Shown: positions 1 to 12,994 of the stretch, piece by piece
How the letters are laid out: each line of letters begins with the position of its first letter
Numbering within the stretch: position 1 is the first letter of the stretch
NCBI GenBank assembly: GCA_904063045.1
Contig: CAJFCJ010000002.1
Coordinates: forward strand, 2,068,422 to 2,132,421
DNA length: 64,000 bases
Origin: Dimorphilus gyrociliatus
Taxonomy: Eukaryota > Animalia > Annelida
Direction of reading: 5' to 3'
The notes under the pieces: model-generated
What the model was told of the DNA's origin: nothing
Database searches by the model: none
The model's input: only the letters and a program-made list of their open reading frames with translations
Program-made: the position numbers and the translations under genes

Positions 1-3000
1 GAGGAGCTACGAAAAAATTTCTACGAAAGTATAGGAAGAGAGAGAAAGAGAGAGGGAGGAGAAAAAGCGTAGATAAAAAATACATGAAGTAAATGATAGC
101 TATTCATTTTCCTATTTTTCCGTTTTGTCGTTTTGCTATTGTTTTACTTAAACCCCTTATTGAAATACCAGTTTAGGCAAGAACAAATTTTACTTCTGTT
201 TATTATTGTTGGTTAATCTTTTATTATTCTCTCCTTCTAGTTCTCCTCCTCCTCCTTCTCTTTTCTCCTTTCCTCTGAGATAATTTAAATATTTTTTCAA
301 TAGAAAAACATCATACATTAAGTAAATATTTTATTACAAATTAAAACGAATCTATTAAATATAATAAAAGGCATTTTGCATAAAATGGTCACGATTATAA
401 CTATTACAAAAAAAAAACCTTAAATGAAATCAGACAGAAATAGACAGGGATGGAGAAAGAGAGAGGGAAAAAAGTACATAATATAATGGATTTCATATAG
501 GAAATTTATATCAATGTGAAGCGATATTTGTTATTTCCCTTTTACTTTATAGTTTAAAATAATAGACTTAAAAACTAGAGAGTTCTCTATAGGAATAGTC
601 AAATTTCATTAGGTCTATTTATATATACATTACAGTAGATATTATTATATATTGCATATAATTCTCATAATAAATATGAGTATATATATATATATATATT
701 TCTATAGCTTTACAGCATTTAAGTCATTTAATATACCTAATGCTATAGATAATTTATTATCTCTCTAAATGACTGTATTCAGTTTTATGTATTGTCAGTT
801 TAATGGTATGTTTTTACAAGGTATCTGATGGATGTCACCAACTGAAAACAGAGAATCAGTATAGTGACAAAAAGGCTGTACATTAAATAATAAAGTAACT
901 TTTATTAATATATTTCAAAGATTTTAATACTGCGAGAAAAAAAATTGTATGACACCAAAAGAATTAGAAGAAAAGTAGAGGGGTCATCGTACGGGAATAT
1001 TCAGGGTAAAATAAGTGTAAATTTCTTTAATTGCCTTCTATAAAGTGGACTAATTGATAACTTTTCACAAGTCTTGGAAATGGAAAAAAAAACTATTATA
1101 ACATTCAAAACGATCTTTTACCCCTTTTTCCTTCAAGTCTCATGAGAATTGTTATAATGATTTTAGAATTTATAATAGCAGGATGTCGTTACATATTTAA
1201 AGTAAGAAAATCTTAATGACATTACCCACATTCTCATTTTATTTGAATCTTAAGTGATATTGCGATATTTATCTCACAAAACTTGTATTCGCCTTGTATT
1301 TATAAATAATAGCGTTAATTTATAGATACTCATTTACAGGTAGAAAGCTGTTATTGTAAACAATAGAAAAGATATCTTTTTTAACAAACCTCTGAATGTC
1401 GCTTTTATTAATCGATCACTCTTTCCAGTCAAATTTTCAATATTTTGCAGTTTTAATACTAATGCCATATTGATAATCTCCCTTTTTTACGGTTAAATTC
1501 TAAAAGACAATTCCATAATGATGCAGAAAACAAACCTTACAGATCCGTTTTAGTCGGCCAGAGAATGCCAACTGCAAACTGGTCGCTGCGGCGTCTCTTT
1601 ATTATTCATGTAGATGGCTCACGCCAGTTGTGACGTCACTATTCAACTTTAGCTTGTCGTTCGTACAAAACATCGCATCTTATGTTACACTCACTACACT
1701 CTTTATTCGTAACAGTCATTAAAAAAAATAATAAAACATATATCATAAAAAAATGAAAGAGGGCACTTTTTTTATCAATTAATTTTAGAATGCAAGATAC
1801 GTTTTAAAATCCTAAATCGCAAATAAAAAGCAGTTAGCGGTTACTTTTAACATCAAGGAACGACTTTGAGCTAAAATTTCATCTTGGACTTAGTGTCTCC
1901 TGAGGATCGTATAATTCTGTTGCTAATCAAACGTTGCACCGTTGTGCCGTATGTATTTTCTTTCCTCTTCTTCTTCTTCTTCTTCTTCTGCTTGCTCATT
2001 TATAAAGAAAAACAATCGAAAAAAATGTAGAAGTGAAGATTTTCTTCCTCTTGAAAATAAAAATCACGAAAAACTAGAAAAGGAAAACTTCAAATAGAAG
2101 GCAGGAAAGAAAAATCATGTATTCTCTTTCAATGTTCCTTCGCTCTCCTAACTTTGATTTGATTAACTGCAACTATAAAAAGAAAGGTAAATTTTTCTTC
2201 AAGGCTATAATTATAAAACTTATCCTTAAGTTCAAAAAAGAAAAATCTTTACTATCCCTATACACGGCTATTTGTCGGTTTTCAGAACGGAAGACTGGGA
2301 AAATGCAGGTTTTTGTTATGACGTCATTCGTGTTTCGGTACTAAAGTCAATAGAGATGAGTAGCAAGTGCGATAACATATTTTCTTTGTATCCTGTTTAA
2401 CATTAAACAGACCTATGCTTTTTTTTTAAATTGCAGTTATTTTAAAATAATAATTGGTATTCCTTTTTTAGAATAAAAAACTCTCACTGAGGGGTTAATG
2501 GAATGACAAACTTAACTTTTTCTTTACCGTAAAGTCGGACGTATCTTTTATTGCTTAGGGCTAATTGTACCCTAAAAAAAACGACATATAGAGAGACATA
2601 TATATTAATATAATATATTCAAACCGTAAGGGAATGTGTCATTACACTTTGACGTTTGAAGAAGCAAACTTAATTTGTTTTCTTCTTTTATGTAATTATA
2701 ATGAAAATATCTAGTTAATTTGCAACGTTTTCTACTGTTTTCCTTAAAATTGAAAATCATTATACGAGATGTGTTACGATGCCTTTGGCAATCGACGTAA
2801 AGTAGCTTTATACATCTCTTGCAGCTGCCTCTTTTACTCTAACCTAAAGTCCTTTTCTAATCGCTTTTTTTCCACTTTTTTCCTGCCAAATTGCCTCCTG
2901 TTGTATCACTCTAATGCATAATGAGGCGTTGAGAGAGACAGTAAGGGTGGAAATAATAAACCTAACTCCTTTCCTCTCATCTCGGATGAGGCCTATTAAG

Positions 3001-4240
3001 AAAAGAGAGGATAACAATAAGCATTTTCAGCTTCGTTTCCTACTTGTACATGGTAATACTTAACAGGAAGACTTTCTGACACTTACTTCTACGGTTGCGT
3101 GCTCATTAATCCCCTTAAGGAATCAATATCTTCAACAAACGAATGTTTCTATAATCAATGATGATTCGCATCTACTTTCTCTATTTATTTACTAAAAAGT
3201 TAGAAAGTTGAAATAAATATACCTAAACGCGAAAATTTTATTCTAAATACGTCATAAAAACTGTATGGAACAAAACCATATAGATTTACACCAATTTCTC
3301 GTCAGCTTTATGTCGAGTGAACATTTTTTTACAATCTTTGTGACATTTAATATCAAAATTGGTGTTTTAGTTTTTTTTTAAATTATAGAAACTAGATGTC
3401 ACTTTATGCACTTATCGATATTTGTCACCTTTTTTAACCAAACATTTGTATATGCACTGCCGACGTGGAGATCATATTTGTACTGTATAAATTCATTAGG
3501 CCTATGACTAACCTAATTAAACTAAAACAATCAAGACATTAAAAAATCCTATTTCATGAATAAAAATTATAGTAATAAATTTATTATTTCAATTAAATGT
3601 GAAATGCTTTATAAACCACTTTGACATAATTTTTTTTATAAGTTTTTTTCATTCTCAAAGATAAAGTACCGCACAAAAAAACGTAATAATTGTTTCAATA
3701 TTTTTTCCATTCAGTTTCTTCCGCAACGATATTCCTACAGAACAATATAAAAGTTGAACATACGTATGTGAAAATAATTGTCAAAATCACAGTAAATATT
3801 GCAGTAGAAGAAATTAAAAGTTAGCAATCTTAAAACTGCAAAATACGAAACAAAAATTAAACATTTAATAGTTGATTATACGCATACATATACAGTATAT
3901 ATATATATATATATATATATTTATGAATATGACATATGTTTACGAATTGATTGTATCTTTTAATATATTAACTTGCTTCTTTTCTTTCATAATAATCAGA
4001 GTATAAAATTAAATGAATCATAAAATTTGTTTTTAATTTGTTTTTTTTTGTAGTTTTTAAACAAAAAAAATACTTTATAAAAATATTCTGGATATAAATG
4101 GCATATGTAACCATCGAATAAGGGTTGATATATACGTTAGTATATATATGTATATACACTGTATATATATATATATATATATACTAATAAATATATTAAC
4201 TCTTTACTAATTTTAATGAAGTCTGGAAAAAAAGAGACTA

Positions 4241-6715
4241 CTAGTAACCAAACTGCTGTTGTGGTATGTTATTGTGTGCATAATGTGCTGGAGCATTGGG
4301 CGGAGTTTGGTACTGTTGATGATAGCTGGGTGGTGGTTGAGCATGATGAGGAGAAGTAGGATGAGGATTGTACGCCGCATTATCATGTTGAACGTACGGT
4401 TTAAAATCGTCAAAACCATCTTCTTCATCGTCTTGCTTTTTATAAAGATTATTTAGAACAATCGCAACAATAAATGCTGGAATCATAAAAAATAGCTGCC
4501 AACCCAAACTGAACCAAAAGGCATTGAATGGATCAACAGTTTTTGGGCATAGAGTGTCAACTCCGCCGCTAATGGCCTTGTAGAGTTTGTTACACTTACC
4601 CAAACCCACTATCTCTTTAATAAGAATATTTATACTGTCCTTGGTGAAAGTTATAAAGGGTTGCAAAGCTCCCTTCACAACAATTTCCATGGTTAATGTC
4701 AATTTCGATGGAATATTCGACTCTGTCGATTGAGCCTTTTGTTTCAAATCATCCCAGGCCTTATCTATTCCAGCTTTCTTTTCGTTTATTAAATCATCAT
4801 GTTTAATCAAGTCATTTTGTAATTTTTCATACTTTTTTATCCATTCCTCAAATTCTTTCGCTTTGTCGCTACTTTTCAATTGTGCAAGATCAAGTTTACC
4901 TTTCCAATTACTTCCAGTGTTAATATTTTCTATTTTGGCTGCCTTTATTGCTGTGTATGCATCGTTCATATCATTGTTCCATATGACCACCGCCGGTTTA
5001 GAATTTTTAGTGTTGTTTATAGCTTTATCAATCAATCCTTCAAAATCATATTCTGTAAACTTTAGAATTTTCTTTAAATCAATAATCTGGTCTAATTTGA
5101 ATGCATCATAAATTGGTTCGTCCTTTTTACATTCGCTCATTGTGAATTTTAAATCAATAGTTAAATTCATATCATTTCCTTTTAACATTCCAATTCTGAT
5201 TAACTTGTTTAAACTTTCAATAGTATCAGATTCTTCTATTTTAGGCGTCAATGGTCCACATATTTCTCCTTGGGCAAACATTCCAACGGTAAATAAGATA
5301 ATTAAAGCGACCATCAATATTTCAAAGAAAAGAAACGTAAACGTAATGCCTGATACAAGAAAATTACCTCCAACGGATCGATTGCATGATCCTTCATTTG
5401 GAGCGGCTCCGCAACAACCGCTCAACAGACCAATATAATATAATAAACAGATAAGAGCTCCAATACTGCAAACCCCGATACCAGCGTAAAAGATAATATT
5501 TTTTATTCTATCAATTGTATCTAGAGTGTCGGGATCATTTAAATCAACAATAATATCTTTCAAAGGTTTCTGTATATCTTTATAATTTTCGTCTAGTTGA
5601 CTTTTCTTGTCTGAAACTGAAATTTTAATTTGATCAACTTCCCCAAGTAATTTATTTATTTGTTCTTCCATGTCCACGAAAGCTTCGTCAGTTACATTTT
5701 TAGTACCATTTTTAAAGTTAGCATCAACTGTTGTCCCCAAATCTTTTACAATATTACTTAAAGTAGTAGCTTCAGCTTCTAAATTAGACAATTGAGTTGG
5801 CCCAGTAAAATCTGGACAATTAGAACAGCCTGATGAAGTTTTAAGACTGTTATAGTCATTGACTAAATTCTGTAATTCGTTAGTAGGTTTTCTTTTACTT
5901 TCAAAAAATGTTACTCCTTCGCTTATGATTTTCATGCGTTCACTTAGAGCTACTGCTTCATTAGTAATTTCAGTGATATCCGTCTCAAGTCTAAACTTAT
6001 TTTCAATATCTTTTGGTAGCCCACGAATTTTAGATTTTAATTTATTTACCTCTGAAATGAGGATACTATCTATAGCATTATCAACATCATCCAAGACAGT
6101 GTCCATATATGAGTCAATTAAGTTTAAATGACCTTTAATTTGAGAAATTGCTCCGTCAGAACTTTTTGTATCTAATTGATTATGGATTGCTTTATTAGCT
6201 AAAAATCCTAGTATTGAACCCGCCAGAATCATTGTAACAAAGCAAAAGAAAAGTAGCCCACATACAATTCGACAAGATTTGTCTTTTGGAGAAGGATATT
6301 CATCGTTAGAACAGTCGTGACAACAACACTTTCGGCAACAGCACGTGCAACATAAAATGAAGCCGGTAAACAGCATAATGACAAATGCGACTACTCCACA
6401 AACTACACAAGCCGCATACCGTTTAAAGAATTTTAACCATTTCTGCCAATCTGAGAAACTATCCTGTAAATCATCCAAGGCTTTATCTGCTTGCTCCGAA
6501 GTTTCAACTTCTTGTACTTTAATATCAAGCTCCTCAGTCATAAATTCGACGATAGTTTTAGGATAGATAAGCTTAATAAATCCATGTGTTAGTTTAAAGA
6601 AAGGGTCTAAACCGGAAATCAAAGGATCAGACTCATCGTCTGTGATAGTTGTATTTGATGAAAATACGTAAGGTAATATAAGAATTACGGAAAAGAAGAG
6701 AATCGTCCACCGCAT
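4241..6715 (-). CDS. PROM: Prominin-family pentaspan membrane glycoprotein, single-exon, 824 aa
   Basis: Uninterrupted ORF with signal peptide and five hydrophobic segments. Has the Cys-rich stretch after TM1/TM2 (CCTCCCRKCCCHDC), two large helical extracellular loops, and the prominin-type C-terminal CPKTVDPFNAFWFSLGW before TM5. Confidence 0.9.
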   Translation of the reverse strand: MRWTILFFSVILILPYVFSSNTTITDDESDPLISGLDPFFKLTHGFIKLIYPKTIVEFMTEELDIKVQEVETSEQADKALDDLQDSFSDWQKWLKFFKRYAACVVCGVVAFVIMLFTGFILCCTCCCRKCCCHDCSNDEYPSPKDKSCRIVCGLLFFCFVTMILAGSILGFLANKAIHNQLDTKSSDGAISQIKGHLNLIDSYMDTVLDDVDNAIDSILISEVNKLKSKIRGLPKDIENKFRLETDITEITNEAVALSERMKIISEGVTFFESKRKPTNELQNLVNDYNSLKTSSGCSNCPDFTGPTQLSNLEAEATTLSNIVKDLGTTVDANFKNGTKNVTDEAFVDMEEQINKLLGEVDQIKISVSDKKSQLDENYKDIQKPLKDIIVDLNDPDTLDTIDRIKNIIFYAGIGVCSIGALICLLYYIGLLSGCCGAAPNEGSCNRSVGGNFLVSGITFTFLFFEILMVALIILFTVGMFAQGEICGPLTPKIEESDTIESLNKLIRIGMLKGNDMNLTIDLKFTMSECKKDEPIYDAFKLDQIIDLKKILKFTEYDFEGLIDKAINNTKNSKPAVVIWNNDMNDAYTAIKAAKIENINTGSNWKGKLDLAQLKSSDKAKEFEEWIKKYEKLQNDLIKHDDLINEKKAGIDKAWDDLKQKAQSTESNIPSKLTLTMEIVVKGALQPFITFTKDSINILIKEIVGLGKCNKLYKAISGGVDTLCPKTVDPFNAFWFSLGWQLFFMIPAFIVAIVLNNLYKKQDDEEDGFDDFKPYVQHDNAAYNPHPTSPHHAQPPPSYHQQYQTPPNAPAHYAHNNIPQQQFGY

Positions 6716-7976
6716 ATTTAATTATATGGAATGTAAATAACTTCTCTTTAGAATTAATGATTCATCCACCAAACCAGGTGAGTTCACTCGGAGTTTTTCT
6801 GAATCTACTGCGGGGTGTGGTAATGTTAGTGAGCCGCCATATTACTGCCCACGTGACAGGTGTTTCAATCGGGTGGCTCTTTCCGCTAGGGGTTTTTTTT
6901 TATTAAAACTAAACTGAAACTAATAGTTGTCCTATGGCCTACTTATTAGACTAATAAAATACAATCTATTGAAATTTTAAAAAAAAAACAAATAAACAAC
7001 TACTGTTCGATTAATTATATAAAACAAAAAAAAACACCGTAAATTTTAATGCATATGTATAAATTTATGCGAATTGAACTATAAGAATAAAATTATAATA
7101 TTAATTAGATATCGTTACTCAACAATAAAAAATGAATCATCATTCTATAAAAGAAAAAAAGGGCAGGTAGACCAGGAAAAGAATCTTACATTACATAAAC
7201 TTTACTTCAAATATACATACGTTACACAACAAAAACAAAAAAAGACCTCTATCAGTGTACATTGTTCTAAAAATAGACTTTGTTTTGTTTCTAATTCCAC
7301 AAATAGGTTTAATATATATTATAGTACAAACTAAGTGTATATAATAAATAAAAAAAAAACAGTATAGGCTTATAAAAAGTAAAATGATTGTTTCGTAAAA
7401 GTTTCCATTACACCAATAGTGAATGGAAGCTGGTTTTAAATAAAAAATAGAAAAAAAACTACTGCTGCCTATGTGCCATTTGTTCAATAAATTCGTTCTA
7501 GAGAGAGAGAGAGAGAGAGAGAGGGAATGGAACTACCATCACACGATTTTTGAACACACACGTATAATAAAATAAATATTAAACTGGTCGTATAGACCAA
7601 TGTATAAACAATCAGTCTAGTAAAATGTCTCTTACAATATAAGCCCTTGTAGGCAGAAGTATTAACTACTGAAGTTTAATAGGTCTAAGGTAATCATACA
7701 AAAAAATAAAATATAGGAAGCTTTTCTACTTTTCCTTTATATTTTTTATATAATTGTATTGTGAAAATCGCATAGCTCGTTATGTTAGAAAAAGCTTTAA
7801 AATATGAAAATAATAAAAGGAAAGAAAAAATTATATAACTGTATGACAATCAGAAATTAGTCATAATCTATTGTTATGTGTTGTAGTCTAATTGGTAAAT
7901 ATATATATTTGTATTAAAAATATATTGATTAATGTAAATGTATGCTTCAGGTTTCTTATATTTTGATTCTTTTCGT

Positions 7977-10900
7977 TTAATTTCCAAATGCATAATTGTC
8001 CACTCCACTTCCCTTCATATCTTTGCCCTATAAAATAAATTAAACGATCGTTATTACCTTTTAGCCATTTTTATATAATTTCCCAAAGGTTTTTACTTAC
8101 AGTATCCGGTGCTTTTTCTTTCTCCGGAAGGGGATCGTAGCCGGCTAATAGTCTATGCTTGTTCAAGGCCGGACCCCAAACTTCGGTTGGCGAGGCGGCC
8201 TCTCTTAACTTTTCTAAGCAGCTACCATTCGATCTTAAAACTCGCCAGATGGCATACACAGGAATTGGTATGACAACAACTACAGTGATGCAAAAGCCTA
8301 TAACCTCGGCATATTTGGGATATTCGTAGTCTCCAAATTTTGCAGGGCTATAATCAATCCAGGAGAAGAACAGGACAAACTATTGTTTTAAAGGAAAAAC
8401 GTAAAAGTTAATAAATTCTAAAATATTATTTATAAAAGTGAAAAATAAAAATTACAAGTAAAATTGCAGGTGTCATAAAAGACCAACAAAGCCTCCACCA
8501 TATCCATGGCTTTTTACCTAACATTGCCGAAATATCATTGGAAAAGTGTGACCATCCATATATAAATGTTAATGATATTGTCTCGCATAAGCCTATTATT
8601 ATAACTGCCCAACCTCCTGCATATGCGTCCATGAGCTCCAGAATATAGGCTCCACCCTATTTTATGATCAAGATTGAAGATAAGAACAATATAAATATAT
8701 CATGTGGGCGGAGCGGAGTCAACAACTCCACTCTAAAACTTACATTTGTGCATAAAAATAAACCAATTAGATAGAAAAGCACGCAAACAGCTAAAATGAT
8801 ATACGTTTTACGCTTCCGGTCAAATTTGTCAGGCCATCTATCCATTACTGCTGTCGTAACTGTTTCAAGTAAGGCGAATTGCGAGTCTAGACCTAATGTT
8901 AATAGCATAAGGAAGAATAATATAGCCCATACTGGTGGACCAGGCATTTGGGTAACAGCGAATGGATAGACAACAAAAGCTAATCCAGTTCCACCATCAA
9001 CCACTTTGTCAATATCAGTATCCACCTAATAAATAATTTTTTAGTATGCTAATGACTCTTGCTGCTGGTTTGCATTATTTATTCAATTTACCTTATGAGC
9101 CATATAGCCAAGGAAGGAGAAGATTACAAAACCAGCAAAAACACTTGTTAAACAATTTCCAACAGATACAATAAGAGTATCCCTATCAGAATTATAGATA
9201 TATAAATTTATAAATAATTATCAACTACTTATTAATATATTATCACTTGAGTAAATTATTCCTAAATCGATTGTAGCTGGATAACGTTATCAGTCCTCCC
9301 CAAGACGCGGATAAAGAAAAAAATATTTGATTAGCGGCATCATTCCATACTTTTGCCTTTTTTAGCTTATCCCAATCAGGTGTTAAATAGAATTTTATAC
9401 CCTCCTTCATACCTTCCAAAGTCATACCTCTTATAAAAAGTATTACTAGTACTGCGTACGGGAAAAGAGCCGTAAAGTAGACGACCTTTCCAGATGATTT
9501 TACTCCTTTGCATAGACAAAGAAAAACTATGACCCAGGCTCCTAGGAGGCATAGTGCTAATTCCCATTTCAGACCACCTAAATTATCTACTCCGTCGCTT
9601 ATATCCAACACTTTATTACTGTATAATAAACAATAAAAATTAATGATACTTATTCGTTAAAATCATTTATTAAGTATGATAATGATATTACTAGTAGTAT
9701 TCTTCACTGGCAAAGCGCTTCTTTATACCAGCAGCCTCAGCGGCAGTGAGATTCCAAAACCCGTTTCTCTTCTGCGTACCATTTATAGTCTTGTAACAAG
9801 TTCCATTGGGATTTTTATAATATTCACTTCCGTTGCATGTTTTTAACTCCTCAAAACAATCTATTTTTAGAAAATGCACATTATGTTATATTAATATTGA
9901 TATATCAATTTCCATTATTATTATATACTTTCAGAATTCCACTCCTGCTCGCAGTTATCCCAGGGTAAGCCTGGTAATTTTGTGAAAGAGGCAACGAGAT
10001 AATAAATCGACCATGCTATTATCATATTATAGTAGATACCAACAAAACCAGAAACGATAACCATTCCCCAACCAACCCCTGTAAACATTGGTGAATATTT
10101 CCAACAAGTTAGTGGACCATTACTCGAAAATTGACCGAGGGATAGTTCCAGGAAGAAAATAGGCATTCCAACAAAGATAAGCATTATAACTATTAATGAA
10201 AAAGTGTCAGTTTTTTTAATTATAAATTAATGACATTTTAGGTTTTTTTTAAACAAAATTTACCATATGGGATGAAAAAAGCACCTAAAAAGACAAACAT
10301 TTAGGTTAATTTATTCAGGATAAAAGTAAACATGAGAATATATTATCTCACCTCCACCATTCTGATAACACTTGTATGGAAATCTCCAAACATTTCCCAA
10401 ACCAACAGCATATCCTAAACAAGATAGGAGAAAATCCAATCTGCCCGACCAATTACCTCTCTCTTCATTTTCATCTTCACCAAACGTGATGCTATTCGAA
10501 TCCGAATCCCCGTCAGGTTTCTTACTAACCTGGAGAAAAAAGTTAAAAGGAGATCTTAGTTTTATATTCAAGTAATTGATTAAGGATGTTATATAAACAT
10601 CTAAAGGAAATCGTGTATTAAGTCAAATATGACGAATAGTCTTAGTCATTGTAAAAACTTTAAATAGATTCACTCTAAAAGGAGATAGTGTAAATACTTT
10701 GAGGAGAAATTGAGTAGGAAAATTGGTAAACTTAAAGCAATCAGTTAAATAAATAAAGCGCTGGTTTCTTTTTTTCTGTTATAATCTCCCTCTCCGTCTG
10801 TCTGTCTGTCTCTCTCTCTGCCTCTCACTTTTCTCCAGTTGGATCTCAAACATCTTTTTCTAAACGACTATTTGTATTGTCCTATATTTAAAAGCTTATT

Positions 10901-12034
10901 GCTATAATAGTATTATAGAGCTTTTATTATTACAACAGTAAAACTGTTGTAATCCGTTCTAGCCTTTTTTCTCCCTCCCACTCTTCTTTAATCTCTTTTT
11001 CAGCCAAGAATTAACTACTCGCTTAGAATGAATAAGTTATTGGCCTTTTCACACTACTAGTAGAGACATCTTGTTTTTGACTTTATCGTCTGCTGCAAGG
11101 TCATAGTGAATGAAACGGTGCTTCAACTTTTTAGTTCATTTTACTGAATGTATATAAAAGACATTTAAAATGACGATTAAAAATGAAAAAACACATCTCA
11201 AAGAAAGTGATAAAACTCAATTTGTAGAGGATCGGAGGGAAAATGAAGATATATTTCGTGATACTTGGATTCGTTATATGGGATACGCTAACGAAGTAGG
11301 TGAAGCCTTCCGTGGAATTATATCAAAGAGAGCTGTAGGTCTTTCTTACATTGTGGCTAGTGGCTATGTTGTTGCTGATGCTAGTTCAAAAGCAATAAAT
11401 ACATATGAAGAAAATAAAAGCGTTCAAGAAGCTACTATTGCTGGTGCTGATTGTTTCTTATGGCAAGCTTTGGCATCCGTAGCCATCCCCGGCTTTACAA
11501 TAAATAGATTATGTGCTGGAAGTAAATTTGTGTTACATAAGAGTAGATTATCATCTGGTAAAGTCAAATGGATAACAACTGCCTTAGGTTTAGCAGCTAT
11601 TCCATTTATCATAAAACCAATTGACGTGAGTGTTGACTTTATCCTCGATAAAACTGCTAGGAAATTGTACTTTAAGGAGAAAGAGTAAAAAGACTCTGGA
11701 AAAGAGTCAAATGAATAACAAACCAAAAGAATTAAAGCCAGAGGAAATTGTTGAATATTTTTGCATTATTTAGATAATTAATGAATTCAGTCAAAAAATA
11801 ATTCCTTCCACATTGTTTTTAGGAAAGAACACTATTGTTTTCTTTAAGTTTGAATTGAATAAAATACAGAGAAGGTGTCAAATCGAAAAGACATATATGT
11901 TGTGTTTATTTTTTTTTGCTTACCTTGAGCTTTTTGCTTAAAGTTGAGTCTTCAAGATTCTGCGATAATCGATTTACTGTGTTAGTTAAAGTATCTATCC
12001 TTATGGCGAGATCTTCCGTAGAAACGGCCGTCAT
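7977..12034 (-). CDS. SLC6 Na+/Cl- dependent transporter, glycine/amino-acid (GlyT-like) subfamily, multi-exon
   Basis: Motifs [37 protein letters not shown] (about 10340-10470), [26 protein letters not shown] (about 9270-9350) and GPGLAF-like [10 protein letters not shown] (about 8960-8995). Stop TAA at 7977-7979. The first coding exon 12034-11924 (37 codons, GTAAGC donor, phase 0 into the acceptor at 10529) is inferred; the 10529-7977 core is solid. Confidence 0.9.
11170..11688 (+). CDS. MTFP1: Mitochondrial fission process protein 1 (MTP18), single exon, 172 aa
   Basis: [22 protein letters not shown] and [18 protein letters not shown] match MTFP1/MTP18 as I recall the family. Confidence 0.93.
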   Translation: MTIKNEKTHLKESDKTQFVEDRRENEDIFRDTWIRYMGYANEVGEAFRGIISKRAVGLSYIVASGYVVADASSKAINTYEENKSVQEATIAGADCFLWQALASVAIPGFTINRLCAGSKFVLHKSRLSSGKVKWITTALGLAAIPFIIKPIDVSVDFILDKTARKLYFKEKE

Positions 12035-12994
12035 AATGTCTCTAACAAGAGTTTAACTAGGGTATTGAAGTTTTGAAAATTTTATATTTCTTTTCTCATT
12101 AGAGAAAGCAATAAACAAGAGAGATAAGCTATCAAGAGAGAGAGAGAGAGAAAGACTGAGAGTGAGTGATCAGAAGAAAATGGGAAGCAATGGGGAGGGG
12201 CGTAATGAAAGATAGTATTAAAAAGAAAATACATACTCAACTTCTATCCGTTCAACTGTAATAAAGAGAATGTTCAAACAAAACACTCGTTCGCCCAACA
12301 ATAGCCCTATCAAGACAGCAAATACAAAAGCGTATGTCAAACTTAAAGAACGTGTCCCCGAACATAACGTTACTTTATTATTTTGGGATATTTTATTCAA
12401 ATAATCAAATTACTAAACTTTTAACTTAAATAAAACGATAAAAGCACAGTTGAACAAGGAAAAAGTGAATAAGAAAAGAAGAGGAGAGAAGATGAGAAAT
12501 AGAAATACTTTTCAAAGTTTTTTTATAGCTCACCTGTAAAAAAAAGAGTAATGTACAAAAATAAAATCTTAGTTCAGATATGAGTAAGTTTCCTCTTGTC
12601 GCTAAATTGTCAAAAGTACGAAGTAATATTAAAAAAGTGATAGGAGAAGAAAGGAGAGAGAGAGAGCGCGCAAGAGAGAGGCAGGTATATCCTGGTGGTG
12701 AATTCCCTTAGGTACTTTTACCGTGATATCAAATATTTAAACAGTGCTATATTTTTTCAAGTAATGTTAAAAAGAGTTCGTAGTAAACTAGGGCACGTAG
12801 TTTATTTTCTTACCTATAAGAACTTATTCATACATAATACATAAATTAATAAATATTTATACACGCATATAAACTTCATTGATATAAACTTTGTCTTAAA
12901 AGAAATTCATATTAAACATAGAATATTGTTTTTAAATAAAATTTCATTTTTTCCACTTTATTTTCATTTTTTACGACATTCAATACATTTTTTA

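Noticed and set aside
821-886. Possible terminal exon VSDGCHQLKTENQYSDKKAVH* after an AG, with AATAAA nearby
   Set aside because: Too short and no upstream exons visible, so it cannot be distinguished from chance.
1540-3790. GC-richer islands with splice-like sites and a CRE (TGACGTCA near 1632) on the + strand
   Set aside because: I could not assemble a consistent reading frame or a recognisable RNA; may be UTR, lncRNA or enhancer, but unsupported.
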